Position numbers and translations under genes: made by a program | Assembly: GCA_963725145.1 (NCBI GenBank) | Contig: CAVRXL010000003.1 | Coordinates: forward strand, 142,369 to 206,368 | Source of the DNA: an uncultured Acidobacteriota bacterium | Lineage (GTDB): Bacteria; Acidobacteriota; Vicinamibacteria; Vicinamibacterales; 2-12-FULL-66-21 | Direction of reading: 5' to 3' | Length of the DNA: 64,000 nt | In this document: positions 52,256-63,814 of the stretch, piece by piece | Layout of the letters: every line of letters starts with the position of its first letter | Numbering within the stretch: the stretch's first letter is position 1 | Notes under the pieces: generated by a model | Seen by the model: the letters and a program-made list of their open reading frames with translations, nothing else | The model's database searches: none | Told to the model about the DNA's origin: nothing

Positions 52256-53179
52256 CTACTTACGTCGCCCCTCAAGGCGAAGAAATCGGGCCGCGTTGTT
52301 GTAGAGGATGTCTCGCTTCTGCTCTGCGGTCAGGTAATCGGCCTCCTCGATCGCTTCGATCGCCTCGTCAATCTTCTCGGGCCATCGCATCTGGTCGGAG
52401 CCAAACATCAAGCGGTTCCCGAGGCCGGCGCGAACGAGGGCCTCGACGTACCGGTGAAACGCAGAGCGCGGGATGATCCAAGTGATCGTCGACAGATCGC
52501 CGTAGAGTTGAGGATATTGATACATCATCGCGATCATCTCGTCGAGGAACGGGTACCCACTGTTCTCGACGAACACTCTGAGGTTCCGATGTCGAACCAG
52601 CACCTCCTCGAGGAGGAGCGGACGGCCCGCGGCCAAGCGGAACCCCGGTACCGGCGGACCAAGCCCTTCGGTGTGAATGAGGACAGGGACATCGAACTCC
52701 TCCGCCAGTGCAAAGTACGGTGCCAGTGCAGGATCGTTTGGCGCCACGCCCATGAGCTGAGAGCCGATCTCACCCATGCCGGCCAGGCGTCCCGCCGCGT
52801 ACTCCTGCCTGAGCATCTGCGGAGTGAGCTCACCGGGCTTCTCAATGAAGGGCGAAGCGATGAACCGGCCGGGCGCCGCCGCGACCCAGTCCCGGACGAT
52901 GCCCAGGTCGGCGCTGCTCAGGAATCCCAGGACGATGTTGTGGCGGTCCATCGCCTCGAGGGTCTTCCGCAATGACTCCTCCGGGGTCGCCGTCGCAGCC
53001 CCTTTGGGCTGACACGGGCGCGGGAAGCACGGAGGTGGGGCTCCAGCGGGAAGATCGAGCGGGATATGGTGCGCATGCATGTGCATGTCGATCACCGGAG
53101 CGCGCTTTTGAGCGGAAAGCGCGGCATGCGAGAGGCCCGCAAACACGACTAGTACGGACACCAAAAGGGTATTCTTCAT
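52256..53179 (-). CDS. Secreted amidohydrolase-family (TIM-barrel metal hydrolase) protein
   Basis: Signal peptide, the VIDMHMHAHH metal motif, and FGSDQ near the C-terminus. Confidence 0.75.
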   Translation of the reverse strand: MKNTLLVSVLVVFAGLSHAALSAQKRAPVIDMHMHAHHIPLDLPAGAPPPCFPRPCQPKGAATATPEESLRKTLEAMDRHNIVLGFLSSADLGIVRDWVAAAPGRFIASPFIEKPGELTPQMLRQEYAAGRLAGMGEIGSQLMGVAPNDPALAPYFALAEEFDVPVLIHTEGLGPPVPGFRLAAGRPLLLEEVLVRHRNLRVFVENSGYPFLDEMIAMMYQYPQLYGDLSTITWIIPRSAFHRYVEALVRAGLGNRLMFGSDQMRWPEKIDEAIEAIEEADYLTAEQKRDILYNNAARFLRLEGRRK

Positions 53180-53250
53180 TCGCTTGTCCGGTTGGCTCGA
53201 TTCGTCGCTTCCTAACGATTGGCGCTCACCCGCGGCCGTTCGCGTGTTCG

Positions 53251-53931
53251 TCAGCGGCCGTCGGGTGCAGCGCGGTGTTGGGCTGCGCGTTGTGAGCCAG
53301 GTGTACGCACCTCAAAACCCCGGAACTCCCCAGTCTCGTCAAACGACCCGACGCCAATGCGACCTGACGGCAGCGTACGATCCGTGGCCGACAATAGGGG
53401 CACCCGTTCCCCATCAAAGAAGACCTTGATACTCCCGGTGGCCACGACCCGTTCTAATCGAATCCGATGCCACGCTTGATCCTTGAGGCGCGCCGCAGCC
53501 GTCGCATCGTCGACCCGGCGTCGATCCGCGTCGTTGACGACGAAGATCCCGTTGTGCACGGGGTCGGTCTTCGCGGCCAAGTGCACATAATAGAACTGGG
53601 TCGGCGATCGATACCCGAAGATCATCAACACGTCTCGAACGGCCAAATCGACCGGCGCCGTCGAGCGCACGTCCACCTCGAATACGAAATCGGTCAGGGC
53701 ATCGCCCTTGTAGAGCGCGATCGCCGCCGGCCGTCGTATCGCGCCGCCCGGAACGCCAGCCTTCGCGAGAACCAGTGCCTGTCCGCGCACGGTCCAGGCG
53801 CCGTTGCCGTCGAGATCCCAGTCCCGCAGCCCGCGCGCTTCTGAGATGTCGATCTTGACCACCGTACCGGTAGCTGGTGCCTGCTGCAGCAACGAGGCGG
53901 TTACGACTAGCCACACCGTCAGCATCCGCAT
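53251..53931 (-). CDS. Secreted LamG/DUF1080-like (concanavalin-fold) protein
   Basis: Signal peptide. W..DG.W.V..G.L at the N-terminus and GRIGVGSFDETGEFRGFEV at the C-terminus resemble the DUF1080 pattern. Confidence 0.5.
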   Translation of the reverse strand: MRMLTVWLVVTASLLQQAPATGTVVKIDISEARGLRDWDLDGNGAWTVRGQALVLAKAGVPGGAIRRPAAIALYKGDALTDFVFEVDVRSTAPVDLAVRDVLMIFGYRSPTQFYYVHLAAKTDPVHNGIFVVNDADRRRVDDATAAARLKDQAWHRIRLERVVATGSIKVFFDGERVPLLSATDRTLPSGRIGVGSFDETGEFRGFEVRTPGSQRAAQHRAAPDGR

Positions 53932-54290
53932 GATCGTCCTCCGTCAGCCCAACTAACAGTAGGCCGACCAGCATATCTCGGCGGACCCCGCGAAGCTCGC
54001 AGCATAACGCTAAACTGGCGTGAGGTCAGAATCGTCGAAGAGTGTTGAACAGATTGGGGTTCTGGACGGCGCGGGCCACAGTCGTCAGAGGATTAGGCCG
54101 GTCTGCATAACGCCCACGAGGTTCGCGCCACGGTCCCCGCGCTTTCAGAGAGATCACTCCTCATAAGTCGCGCAGTATTTACCTATCCGCCCGTGGACAT
54201 GCTCGGATCCCGCTTGTCATGTGGGGCGACGCTCGAGAAAACTGAAACGCCCTCAGGCCGATCAGGGTTTTGTTACAGGCTCTAAGCTAA

Positions 54291-54358
54291 AGGTTCTCCG
54301 TTTACTCCATGTCTCCGTGTTGATCCTTCCCCGTGCCCTCCTTAGCCTCCGTCATCTC
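54291..54358. repeat. Inverted copy of the CACGGAG-rich element, forming the last ~18 codons and the stop of the hydrolase gene
   Basis: The reverse complement aligns without gaps to 51947-52010 at roughly 80% identity by eye. It is translated as ...EMTEAKEGTGKDQHGDME*. Confidence 0.8.
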
Positions 54359-55180
54359 CAGATCGAGCCACTCCTCGATCTCCGCCCAGACTTCCTTCGT
54401 CAACGAACCGTTGTGACCGGCTTTCGGCACGATGATCAACCGCTTTGGCCCGGTGAGCGCGTCGTACACGCGGCGGGAGTGATCCGGCTTCGTCTCACGA
54501 TCGTCCGCGCCGTGGACGAGCAGCACCGGCACACGGATGCGCGCCGCAGCGGCGACCGGGCTCACCTCGTCCACGTTGAACGCCGCTCGCGACTCGGCCT
54601 CCGCGAACGCTTTCGCGATCATGCCTTCCGTCAGCACGAACGGCGCGCGCTCGCGCGCAATCGTCCTGAGGTCCGAGAACGTCTCGACGGCGACGACTGA
54701 CGAGATCCGGTCGTCGACCGCGGCGGCCTGCAGCGCCACCGCCGCTCCGAGCGAGTGGCCGAGCAGGACGATTGGCGTCGCGCGGACCGTGTCGAGGATC
54801 CGGCCCAGGTCCTTTTTCTCGTAGTAGCCGTACGTGCAGGCGTCGCCCGTGGATTCGCCGTGGGCGCGGCTGTCGTACGCGATCACCGCGAACCCCCGCG
54901 CCGTGAAGCGTTCCGCCATGCCGATGGCGGACGCACGATTGTCGGCCACGCCGTGCAGGATCACGAGCGTTCCGCGGGGCTCGCCGCGTGCCGGGAATCG
55001 CCAGCCCTTGAGGGAGACCCCCTCGCTCGCCACGGTGAAGGTTTCGACCGGGCCGGAAGGAGCGCGGTCCACGGCGCGGCGCGACGGGTGGATCAACGCG
55101 CTGGCGGCCCACGACGAGGGGGCGCATCCGGCGGATGCGAGGGCGATCGCAATGAGGGCCAGCCTGCCCCATCGGCGCAT
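54302..55180 (-). CDS. Alpha/beta-hydrolase lipoprotein
   Basis: The start at 55180 gives MRRWGRLALIAIALASAGC (lipobox). GHSLGA nucleophile elbow. C-terminal His region. Confidence 0.8.
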   Translation of the reverse strand: MRRWGRLALIAIALASAGCAPSSWAASALIHPSRRAVDRAPSGPVETFTVASEGVSLKGWRFPARGEPRGTLVILHGVADNRASAIGMAERFTARGFAVIAYDSRAHGESTGDACTYGYYEKKDLGRILDTVRATPIVLLGHSLGAAVALQAAAVDDRISSVVAVETFSDLRTIARERAPFVLTEGMIAKAFAEAESRAAFNVDEVSPVAAAARIRVPVLLVHGADDRETKPDHSRRVYDALTGPKRLIIVPKAGHNGSLTKEVWAEIEEWLDLEMTEAKEGTGKDQHGDME

Positions 55181-55252
55181 GTACACGGATACGTATGGAC
55201 GGGCTGTCGGCGTTCCCGAACACAATTATCGATGTTAGGATCGGCCGGAGTC

Positions 55253-55745
55253 ATGCCGACCTACCGGCTCCGCATCAACGATCGGACTCACGAGGTCGCA
55301 GGGAGAGCCGGCCGACAGTTTGTTGTCGGTGCTTCGCTACGAGCTGGACCTGCCGGGCAGCAAGTACGGCTGCGGCGAAGGCCAGTGCGGCGCGTGCACC
55401 GTCCTGCTCGACGGTCAGGCGACACGCTCGTGCGTCACGCGAATCGGAGCGATCGGCGGCAAGTCAGTCACGACGATCGAAGCGCTCGCGAGCGGCGACC
55501 GTCTCCACGCGGTTCAGGAAGCCTTCCTCGAAGTCGAAGCGTTCCAGTGCGGCTATTGCACACCTGGCATGGTGATGGCGGTCGTCGGCCTCCTGCGCAC
55601 GCACCCGAATCCGTCCGACCAGGACATCGCGCGCATGCTGGAGCGCAACATCTGCCGCTGCGGCACGTACCCGCGCATCGTCAAGGCCGTGCGGCTGGCG
55701 GCCGAGCGGATGCGAACGTCCGACGTGCAGGGAGCGCGGCGATGA
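55253..55745 (+). CDS. (2Fe-2S)-binding small subunit of a molybdenum hydroxylase (IorA-like), with an apparent 1-nt frameshift at about 55301
   Basis: Motifs GCGEGQCGACTV and QCGYCTPG...CRCGTY. The expected N-terminus MPTYRLRINDRTHEVA lies in the -1 frame relative to the body. An extra G in the GGG run at 55301-55303 would explain the shift. Otherwise the only start is the TTG at 55320. Confidence 0.75.
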
Positions 55746-57854
55746 ATGAGCGGCTCGAACGCCGAGCGCTACGAGCTCGAGGAGCCGAGCAAGTACCTGT
55801 TCGAGGTCGAGCGCCGGGAGTTCTTCCGGCTGCTGGGCGGCGGCGTCCTCGTCACGGTGGCGCTCGCGGACGCGATGGCGCAGGAATCCGGGCGCGGCGG
55901 GACGCAGGGACGCGGCCCGGCCCCTGAGCTCGCGGCCTGGCTGCACATCGACGAGCAGGGAAAGATCACCGTTTACACCGGCAAGACCGAGATCGGTCAG
56001 AACATCCGGACCTCGCTCGCACAGACCGTCGCCGACGAGCTCGGCGCGCCCATGCCGTCGATCGCGCTCGTCATGGCCGACACCGACCTGACGCCGTACG
56101 ACGCCGGCACGTTCGGGTCGCAGACGACGCCGCGGATGGCGCCGCAGTTGGCGCGGGCCGCCGCGACGGCGCGCGAGATGCTGCTCGATCGCGCCGCGGC
56201 CGCCTGGCAGGCGGATCGCGCGAAGGTCACGCTGACGGTCCGCGACGGCCGCGTTCTGCATCCGGACGGCCGGTCGGTCGCGTTCGGCGATCTGACGAAG
56301 GGTCAGAAGCTCGCGGGCTCAGTCGCGGAAAAGCCGGCGACCGCTACGGCGGATCGCTGGGCCGTGCGCGGCCAGCCAGCAAAGAAAGTCAACGGCCGGG
56401 AGATCGTGACCGGCCGCCATCAGTACACGCCTGACATCGTCCGGCCCGGCATGCTTCATGGCCGGATCGTGCGGCCGGACGGCAACGGCGCCACGCTCGG
56501 GACGGTCGACGACGGCCGGGCGCGCGCGATGACGGGCGTGACGGTCGTTCGCGACAGCGACTTCATCGGGGTCGTCGCGCCGAACGAGCGGATGGCGCGC
56601 CGCGCGGCCGACGCGATCCGCGCGGCGTGGCAAATCCCGGAGGGACTCCCAACCTCGGAGACAGTCTACGAGCACTACAAGAAGACCGAAGCGCCCGCAG
56701 GCGGCAGGGGCGGCGCTCCGGTCGTCGCCGGGGATGTCGCGCAGGCGCGCGCGCAGGCGGCGCGCGTGTTCGAGACCGCGTATCGCATCCCGTACATCGC
56801 GCACGTGCCGCTCGAGCCGCGCGCGGCGGTGGCCGAGTGGGGCAAGGACGGTCGCCTGACCGTCTGGACCGCCACGCAGCGACCCTTCGGCGTGCGGTCC
56901 GAGCTCGCCACCGCGTTCCGCGTGGCCGAGGAAAGCGTGCGCGTGATTGTGCCGGACACCGGCTCCGCGTACGGCGGCAAGCACTCCGGCGAGCACGCCA
57001 TCGAGGCGGCGCGCCTCGCGAAGACGGCCGGGAAGCCGGTCAAGCTCGTGTGGACGCGCGCCGAGGAGTTCTCGTGGGGCTACCTCCGTCCGGGCGGCCT
57101 CATCGAAGTGAAGAGCGCCGTCGATGCGAGCGGGCGGATCATCGCGTGGGAGTTCGACAACTGGAACTCCGGCGCGTCAGCGATCCGAACGCCGTACGAC
57201 ATCCCGAATCAGCGGATTCAGTTTCATCCTGCGAATTCGCCGCTGCGGCAGGGTTCCTACCGCGGCCTCGCCGCGACCGCCAATCACTTCGCGCGCGAGA
57301 TGCAGATGGACGAGATGGCGCGCGCGCTGGGAAAAGACGTCGTCGAATTCCGGATGGCGCACCTGAAAGACACGCGCATGCGCGACGTCCTGGCGGCCGT
57401 CGCAAAGAAAGCCGGCAAGCCCCGGAAAGACCGCTCGCTCGGCATCGCGTGCGGGACCGAAAAGGGCAGCTACGTCGCGACCGCGGCGGAAGTCTCGAAA
57501 GCACCAGGCGGGTTCAAGGTCGAGCGCCTGGTCGTCGTCTTCGAATGCGGCGCGATCGTCAACCCGGACGGGCTGCACAACCAGGTCGAAGGGGCCGTCG
57601 TGCAGGGCCTCGGCGGCGCGCTCTTCGAGGCGATCACCTTCGCGGGGGGCCGGCTCCTGAACGGCACGCTCGAGCAGTACCGCGTCCCGCGATTTGGCGA
57701 CATCCCGCCGATCGAGATCGAGCTGCTGAACCGGCGCGATCTTCCGTCGGCCGGCGCCGGCGAGACGCCAATCGTCTGCGTCGCGCCGGCGATAGGCAGC
57801 GCCGTCCGACAGCTCGGCGCCGTCGCGCCCGCGATGCCCGTCAGGCTGGCCTGA
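55746..57854 (+). CDS. Molybdopterin-binding large subunit of an aldehyde oxidase/xanthine dehydrogenase-family enzyme (IorB-like)
   Basis: Tat-like N-terminus RREFFRLLGGGVLV. 702 aa. The ATG follows directly after the small-subunit stop. The C-terminus has GAGETPI. Confidence 0.8.
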   Translation: MSGSNAERYELEEPSKYLFEVERREFFRLLGGGVLVTVALADAMAQESGRGGTQGRGPAPELAAWLHIDEQGKITVYTGKTEIGQNIRTSLAQTVADELGAPMPSIALVMADTDLTPYDAGTFGSQTTPRMAPQLARAAATAREMLLDRAAAAWQADRAKVTLTVRDGRVLHPDGRSVAFGDLTKGQKLAGSVAEKPATATADRWAVRGQPAKKVNGREIVTGRHQYTPDIVRPGMLHGRIVRPDGNGATLGTVDDGRARAMTGVTVVRDSDFIGVVAPNERMARRAADAIRAAWQIPEGLPTSETVYEHYKKTEAPAGGRGGAPVVAGDVAQARAQAARVFETAYRIPYIAHVPLEPRAAVAEWGKDGRLTVWTATQRPFGVRSELATAFRVAEESVRVIVPDTGSAYGGKHSGEHAIEAARLAKTAGKPVKLVWTRAEEFSWGYLRPGGLIEVKSAVDASGRIIAWEFDNWNSGASAIRTPYDIPNQRIQFHPANSPLRQGSYRGLAATANHFAREMQMDEMARALGKDVVEFRMAHLKDTRMRDVLAAVAKKAGKPRKDRSLGIACGTEKGSYVATAAEVSKAPGGFKVERLVVVFECGAIVNPDGLHNQVEGAVVQGLGGALFEAITFAGGRLLNGTLEQYRVPRFGDIPPIEIELLNRRDLPSAGAGETPIVCVAPAIGSAVRQLGAVAPAMPVRLA

Positions 57855-57866
57855 TCGGCGGTGTAG

Positions 57867-57886
57867 GCCCGACCTTCAGGTCGGGC
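57867..57886 (+). terminator. Hairpin GCCCGACC-TTCA-GGTCGGGC
   Basis: 8-bp GC stem, 12 nt after the stop at 57854. Confidence 0.5.
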
Positions 57887-57925
57887 GTGGCAGGACCATC
57901 CGACCGCTCGCCTTAATTCGGAAAC

Positions 57926-57945
57926 GCCCGACCTAAAGGTCGGGC
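57926..57945 (-). terminator. Hairpin GCCCGACC-TAAA-GGTCGGGC
   Basis: Same stem as the hairpin at 57867-57886, in the inverted element orientation. It abuts the stop codon of the minus-strand gene at 57946. Confidence 0.5.
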
Positions 57946-59154
57946 CTACTCTGAAAACTCCTTGGCCAGCTCGACCCACTCGCCGTTCGGCGACAGGCGT
58001 TGGTACGCCTTCCAGTGCGGCTTGGCCTCGGCCGACTGTCCCATCTTCTCGAGCGTCACGGCCAGATAGAAGTGCGCGTCGGCGTAGCCGGGGTTGAGCG
58101 AGACCGCTTCCCGGTAGCAGGCGACCGCCTCCTGGTAGCGCGACAGGTCGTGATGGATGTTGCCGAGGTTGAAGTGCGCCTCGAAGCACTCCCCATCCAG
58201 CGTGATCGCCCGCTCGTAGAGGGCCTCGGCCTCGATGAGCTCGTCGCGCGCGTAGTGGATGTTCGCCAGGTTCACGATCGCCGGAACGAGCTCCGGATCG
58301 ATGATGAGCGCCCGGCGGTAGGCGGCGGCGGCCTGGTCCTGGCGCTCGACGCCGGCGTCGGGCTCGTCGAGCGCCGCCCCTTCGAGGAAGTATCTCGCGG
58401 CGAGCGCCGCGTGCGGATCGGCGGCCGACGCGCGCTGCTGCCCGATCTGCGTCGGCGGCGGCGGCCGGCGCTCGAGCGTCACGACCCGCGCCGGCTGCGC
58501 GTCGCTCGCGCCGTGACGGAAGTCGAGCGCGAGCTGCCCTTCGCGCGCCGCGAGCGCCGAGCGAACGATCACCCGGAAGGGTGTCCCGCGATCCAGCTCG
58601 GAGGCGACCTGCTTGATCGCCGACAGATCCACAAATCGGTAATAGGCCTCGGCGTTGGTCCGCACGACCGACCGGATGACGCCCCACTTCTCCAGGTGTC
58701 CCAGCCGGGCCTCGCCGAGCGCCGGGTACATCGCCAGGATGTCGCGCTGGGCGTGAAAGTGCTGGCGGAGGTCGCCGGGCGCGGCCACGCCCGCGCGGCG
58801 GCAGAAATCGTCCTCGCTCAGGATCGCCACCTGTCCCGGCGCCTTCGCGTTGACCTGCTCCGCTTTGCGAAGCTTCCGGCTCTTGTCGGCGTCCTCGGCT
58901 GCGTCATCTTTCGGCTGCGCGACGCCGCCGGCGCCGATCACGAGCATCGTCGTCCGCGTCGTGACGTCCTCGCTGGCGATGCCGCCCAGGCGCTCGACGA
59001 CCTCCCGCGCCTCGCGGCGTCCGAGCGACGACAACTTTCCGGTAAAGGTGACGACCTGGCCGGCGAACGGCGAGAGACTCTGTGGCGACTCGAGCTGCAA
59101 GGGATGTCCGGTGAGAGAAAAGATGCGAGACTCCGGTCCGCCTGTCAAGAGCAT
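57946..59154 (-). CDS. BRCT-domain protein with a central MerR-like region and C-terminal TPR repeats
   Basis: The BRCT-like region is FAGQVVTFTGKLSSLGRREAREVVERLGGIASEDVTTRTTMLVIG. The C-terminus has three or four TPR units (NLANIHY..., NLGNIHH..., YLAVTLE...). Confidence 0.65.
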   Translation of the reverse strand: MLLTGGPESRIFSLTGHPLQLESPQSLSPFAGQVVTFTGKLSSLGRREAREVVERLGGIASEDVTTRTTMLVIGAGGVAQPKDDAAEDADKSRKLRKAEQVNAKAPGQVAILSEDDFCRRAGVAAPGDLRQHFHAQRDILAMYPALGEARLGHLEKWGVIRSVVRTNAEAYYRFVDLSAIKQVASELDRGTPFRVIVRSALAAREGQLALDFRHGASDAQPARVVTLERRPPPPTQIGQQRASAADPHAALAARYFLEGAALDEPDAGVERQDQAAAAYRRALIIDPELVPAIVNLANIHYARDELIEAEALYERAITLDGECFEAHFNLGNIHHDLSRYQEAVACYREAVSLNPGYADAHFYLAVTLEKMGQSAEAKPHWKAYQRLSPNGEWVELAKEFSE

Positions 59155-59166
59155 AGAATGTGCGCC

Positions 59167-60138
59167 ATGCTGCTCGCGGGAGACGTCGGGGGGACGACGA
59201 CGCGGCTGGGGCTGTTCGCGCGGGCGCCGGAACGGCCCGCGTCGGTCCGGACCGCGCAGTTCAAGACCCTCGACTACGCGTCAATCGAGCAGATGATCGA
59301 GGCGTTTCTCGCCGATGCAGGGGCCGTCGGCCGCGTCGAGGCGATGTCGCTCGGCGTGGCGGGCGTGGTCACGCGTCACATCGCCCGCCTGACGAACGTT
59401 CCCTGGGTCGTCGACGCCCGCGCGATCGCGGACCGCTTCGGCGTCCGCCACTTGTCACTGCTGAACGATCTCGAGGCGATGGCGCACGCCGTGCCGGTGC
59501 TCGAGCCCGACGAGCTGGCCGTGCTGCAGGACGGGGCGGCGGAGCCGGATGGCAATGCGGCGGTGATCGCCGCCGGAACCGGTCTCGGCGAGGCGCTGCT
59601 CCACAACATCGACGGCCGTTTCGTGCCGTCACCCACCGAAGGGGGCCACACCGACTTCGCGCCGCGGACGCCGCGTGAGGTGGCGTTCTTCCAGGATCTG
59701 GTGCGGGTCTACGGGCGCGCCGAGTACGAACACGTGATCTCTGGCCCCGGCGTCGTGAACCTGAGCCGGTTCACGCACGCCGGACGGCCGTGCGCCGCGA
59801 GCCTCACCCAGGATCCGATGGCGCTCCCCGCGGCCGTGACGCAGTCGGCGCTGGCGAAGCGGTGCTGCCAATGCATGGAAGTGCTCGACATCTTCGTCTC
59901 GGTGTACGGCGCCGAGGCGGGGAACCTCGCGCTTCGCTCGGTTGCGACGGCCGGTCTTTACGTGGGAGGCGGGATCGCGCTGAAGATTCTTCCAGCCCTC
60001 GAAGATGGCCGCTTTCTCGAGGCGTTCCGTTCCAAAGGTCTGATGACGGATCTCATGGCGACGATCCCGGTGTCAGTCATTCTCGAGCCGCAGGCGGGGC
60101 TGCTGGGGGCGGCGGTAAGGGCCAATCAGAACGCCTGA
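59167..60138 (+). CDS. glk: Glucokinase
   Basis: MLLAGDVGGTTTRLGLF ATP-binding motif and GLYVGGGIA. The ATG at 59167 lies 7 nt after a TAGAAT box. An alternative ATG is at 59158. Confidence 0.85.
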   Translation: MLLAGDVGGTTTRLGLFARAPERPASVRTAQFKTLDYASIEQMIEAFLADAGAVGRVEAMSLGVAGVVTRHIARLTNVPWVVDARAIADRFGVRHLSLLNDLEAMAHAVPVLEPDELAVLQDGAAEPDGNAAVIAAGTGLGEALLHNIDGRFVPSPTEGGHTDFAPRTPREVAFFQDLVRVYGRAEYEHVISGPGVVNLSRFTHAGRPCAASLTQDPMALPAAVTQSALAKRCCQCMEVLDIFVSVYGAEAGNLALRSVATAGLYVGGGIALKILPALEDGRFLEAFRSKGLMTDLMATIPVSVILEPQAGLLGAAVRANQNA

Positions 60139-60141
60139 CGC

Positions 60142-61605
60142 CTACGGCCGCCGCGTGGAATCGGTCGGCTTCCGCTCCCCGCGCTCGAACATCCCTTCCT
60201 CCGCCATCAGCCGCTCGATCGCGTCCGGCTCGACCGGGACGAAGCCCGACATGTTCTCGTAGCCCTCCGGCGTGATCAAGATCGCGTCCTCCAGTCGGAC
60301 GTAGACGCGTTCGTCCGGGATCGTCAGCGCCGGCTCGATGGTGAACATCATCCCCGGCTTGAGCACGTCGTACGGCGCGGTGACGTCGTGCACTTCCATG
60401 CCGATCCAGTGACCGAGGCTGTTGCGGCTGGCGTTGCGATACATCGCGACGAAGCGATCGGCCGCCGCCCTGATCTTCGGTGTCCGGAACTCGAAGGTCG
60501 CCACGATCTGCTCCATCTTCTTGAGCGCGGCGGCGAGGACCACCTTCGGATCGACGTTGGGCCGGATTGAGGTCATCAGGGCCTGATAGAGCTTCAGATA
60601 GATCGTGTACATCTCCCGCTGCTCGGCCGTGAACCGGCCGTTAGCGGGAAACATCCGCGTGACGTCCGACGTGTAGTACTTGAAGTCCGGCGCGTAGTCG
60701 TACAGCACGAGGTCGCCGTCCCGAACCTGCGACTGCGCGGCGTGGTAGTGCGGCCACGCCGCGTTCTTCCCCGCCGCCACCAGGCCGAAGTACGCCTCAC
60801 CCTGCGCGTTGTGCTTCTTGAAGAAGTAGTCGCCGATCGCTTCCAGCTCGTACTCGTACATGCCCGGCCGCGCGGATCGCATCGTCTCCATGATCGCGAG
60901 GCCCGAGATGCGCGACGCCTCGCGGACGATCGCGATCTCGCGCGCGCTCTTGACCAGGCGCAGGCCGTCGAGGACCGGGTCCAGGTCTTTGATGGCGGCC
61001 GGTTTTCCGGCGGCGCCGCTCACCTTTCCCACCTTCCCCTTGACATGCTCGATGAAGGCCGCTTCACGCGAGGCGCGCCCATCCCACGGATCGGCGCGCG
61101 TCTTCTCGTCGTGCGCCTTGACGTTCCCGGGGGTCGCCGCGCCCAACGCCTCGGCCCGGTGCGGCAGATACAACGTCCGCCCCGCCGGCGCGATTGAAGC
61201 CAGCGCATCCCCGAATTGATCCCTCGCCACGACTTTCGTGATGCCGGTCAGCTTCTCCGCGTCGGGCCCCGGCGCGAGCATCGGCCCCTCCGATCGTTCC
61301 ATCCGCTCGTCCCGCGCCGGCAGAAACAGCGTCGTCTGTTTCGCCTTGCCGTCGATGATCAGGAGGGCGCGCGGCACCTCGACGCCAGTCAGGTAGAAGA
61401 ACTGATTGCTCTGCCGGAACTTGAGATAGCCCGCTCGCTCGGCGGCCCCCTGCAGGATGGCGACGCCGTCGCCGATCTGCGACATCACGCGCGTGCGCCG
61501 CGCGGCGAACTCCTCCGGCGGGAAGGCGTCGGTGAAGAGCGGACGAGTGGACGGCGACACGAGGCAGACAACGAGACCGATCAGGACGATGAGGGTGCGC
61601 TTCAT
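60142..61605 (-). CDS. M24B Xaa-Pro aminopeptidase, secreted
   Basis: Signal peptide [13 protein letters not shown]. Aminopeptidase-P N-terminal domain ([12 protein letters not shown]). Metal ligands in HWIGMEVHD and FTIEPAL. The ORF track extends to 61623. Confidence 0.85.
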   Translation of the reverse strand: MKRTLIVLIGLVVCLVSPSTRPLFTDAFPPEEFAARRTRVMSQIGDGVAILQGAAERAGYLKFRQSNQFFYLTGVEVPRALLIIDGKAKQTTLFLPARDERMERSEGPMLAPGPDAEKLTGITKVVARDQFGDALASIAPAGRTLYLPHRAEALGAATPGNVKAHDEKTRADPWDGRASREAAFIEHVKGKVGKVSGAAGKPAAIKDLDPVLDGLRLVKSAREIAIVREASRISGLAIMETMRSARPGMYEYELEAIGDYFFKKHNAQGEAYFGLVAAGKNAAWPHYHAAQSQVRDGDLVLYDYAPDFKYYTSDVTRMFPANGRFTAEQREMYTIYLKLYQALMTSIRPNVDPKVVLAAALKKMEQIVATFEFRTPKIRAAADRFVAMYRNASRNSLGHWIGMEVHDVTAPYDVLKPGMMFTIEPALTIPDERVYVRLEDAILITPEGYENMSGFVPVEPDAIERLMAEEGMFERGERKPTDSTRRP

Positions 61606-61610
61606 ATATT

Positions 61611-61638
61611 CAGCAATCAGCAATCCACAACCAGCAAT
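61611..61638. repeat. Tandem heptamer CAGCAAT (cagcaat cagcaat ccacaac cagcaat)
   Basis: Read directly, in the 49-bp divergent intergenic region. Confidence 0.8.
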
Positions 61639-61639
61639 G

Positions 61640-61647
61640 ATTATAAT
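61640..61647. promoter_or_regulatory. Palindromic ATTATAAT box 7 nt upstream of the prolyl oligopeptidase ATG
   Basis: Same octamer as at 32377-32384. The spacing is compatible with a leaderless or near-leaderless transcript. Confidence 0.45.
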
Positions 61648-61654
61648 TCCTCAT

Positions 61655-63814
<2,160 letters not shown>

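Noticed and set aside
53932-54290. An AT-richer 360-bp spacer with a duplicated GCATAACGC motif, considered as a hidden gene or ncRNA.
   Set aside because: There is no ORF with a plausible start or SD and no recognisable RNA family signature. It may be decayed DNA associated with the IS relic, but I cannot support a call.
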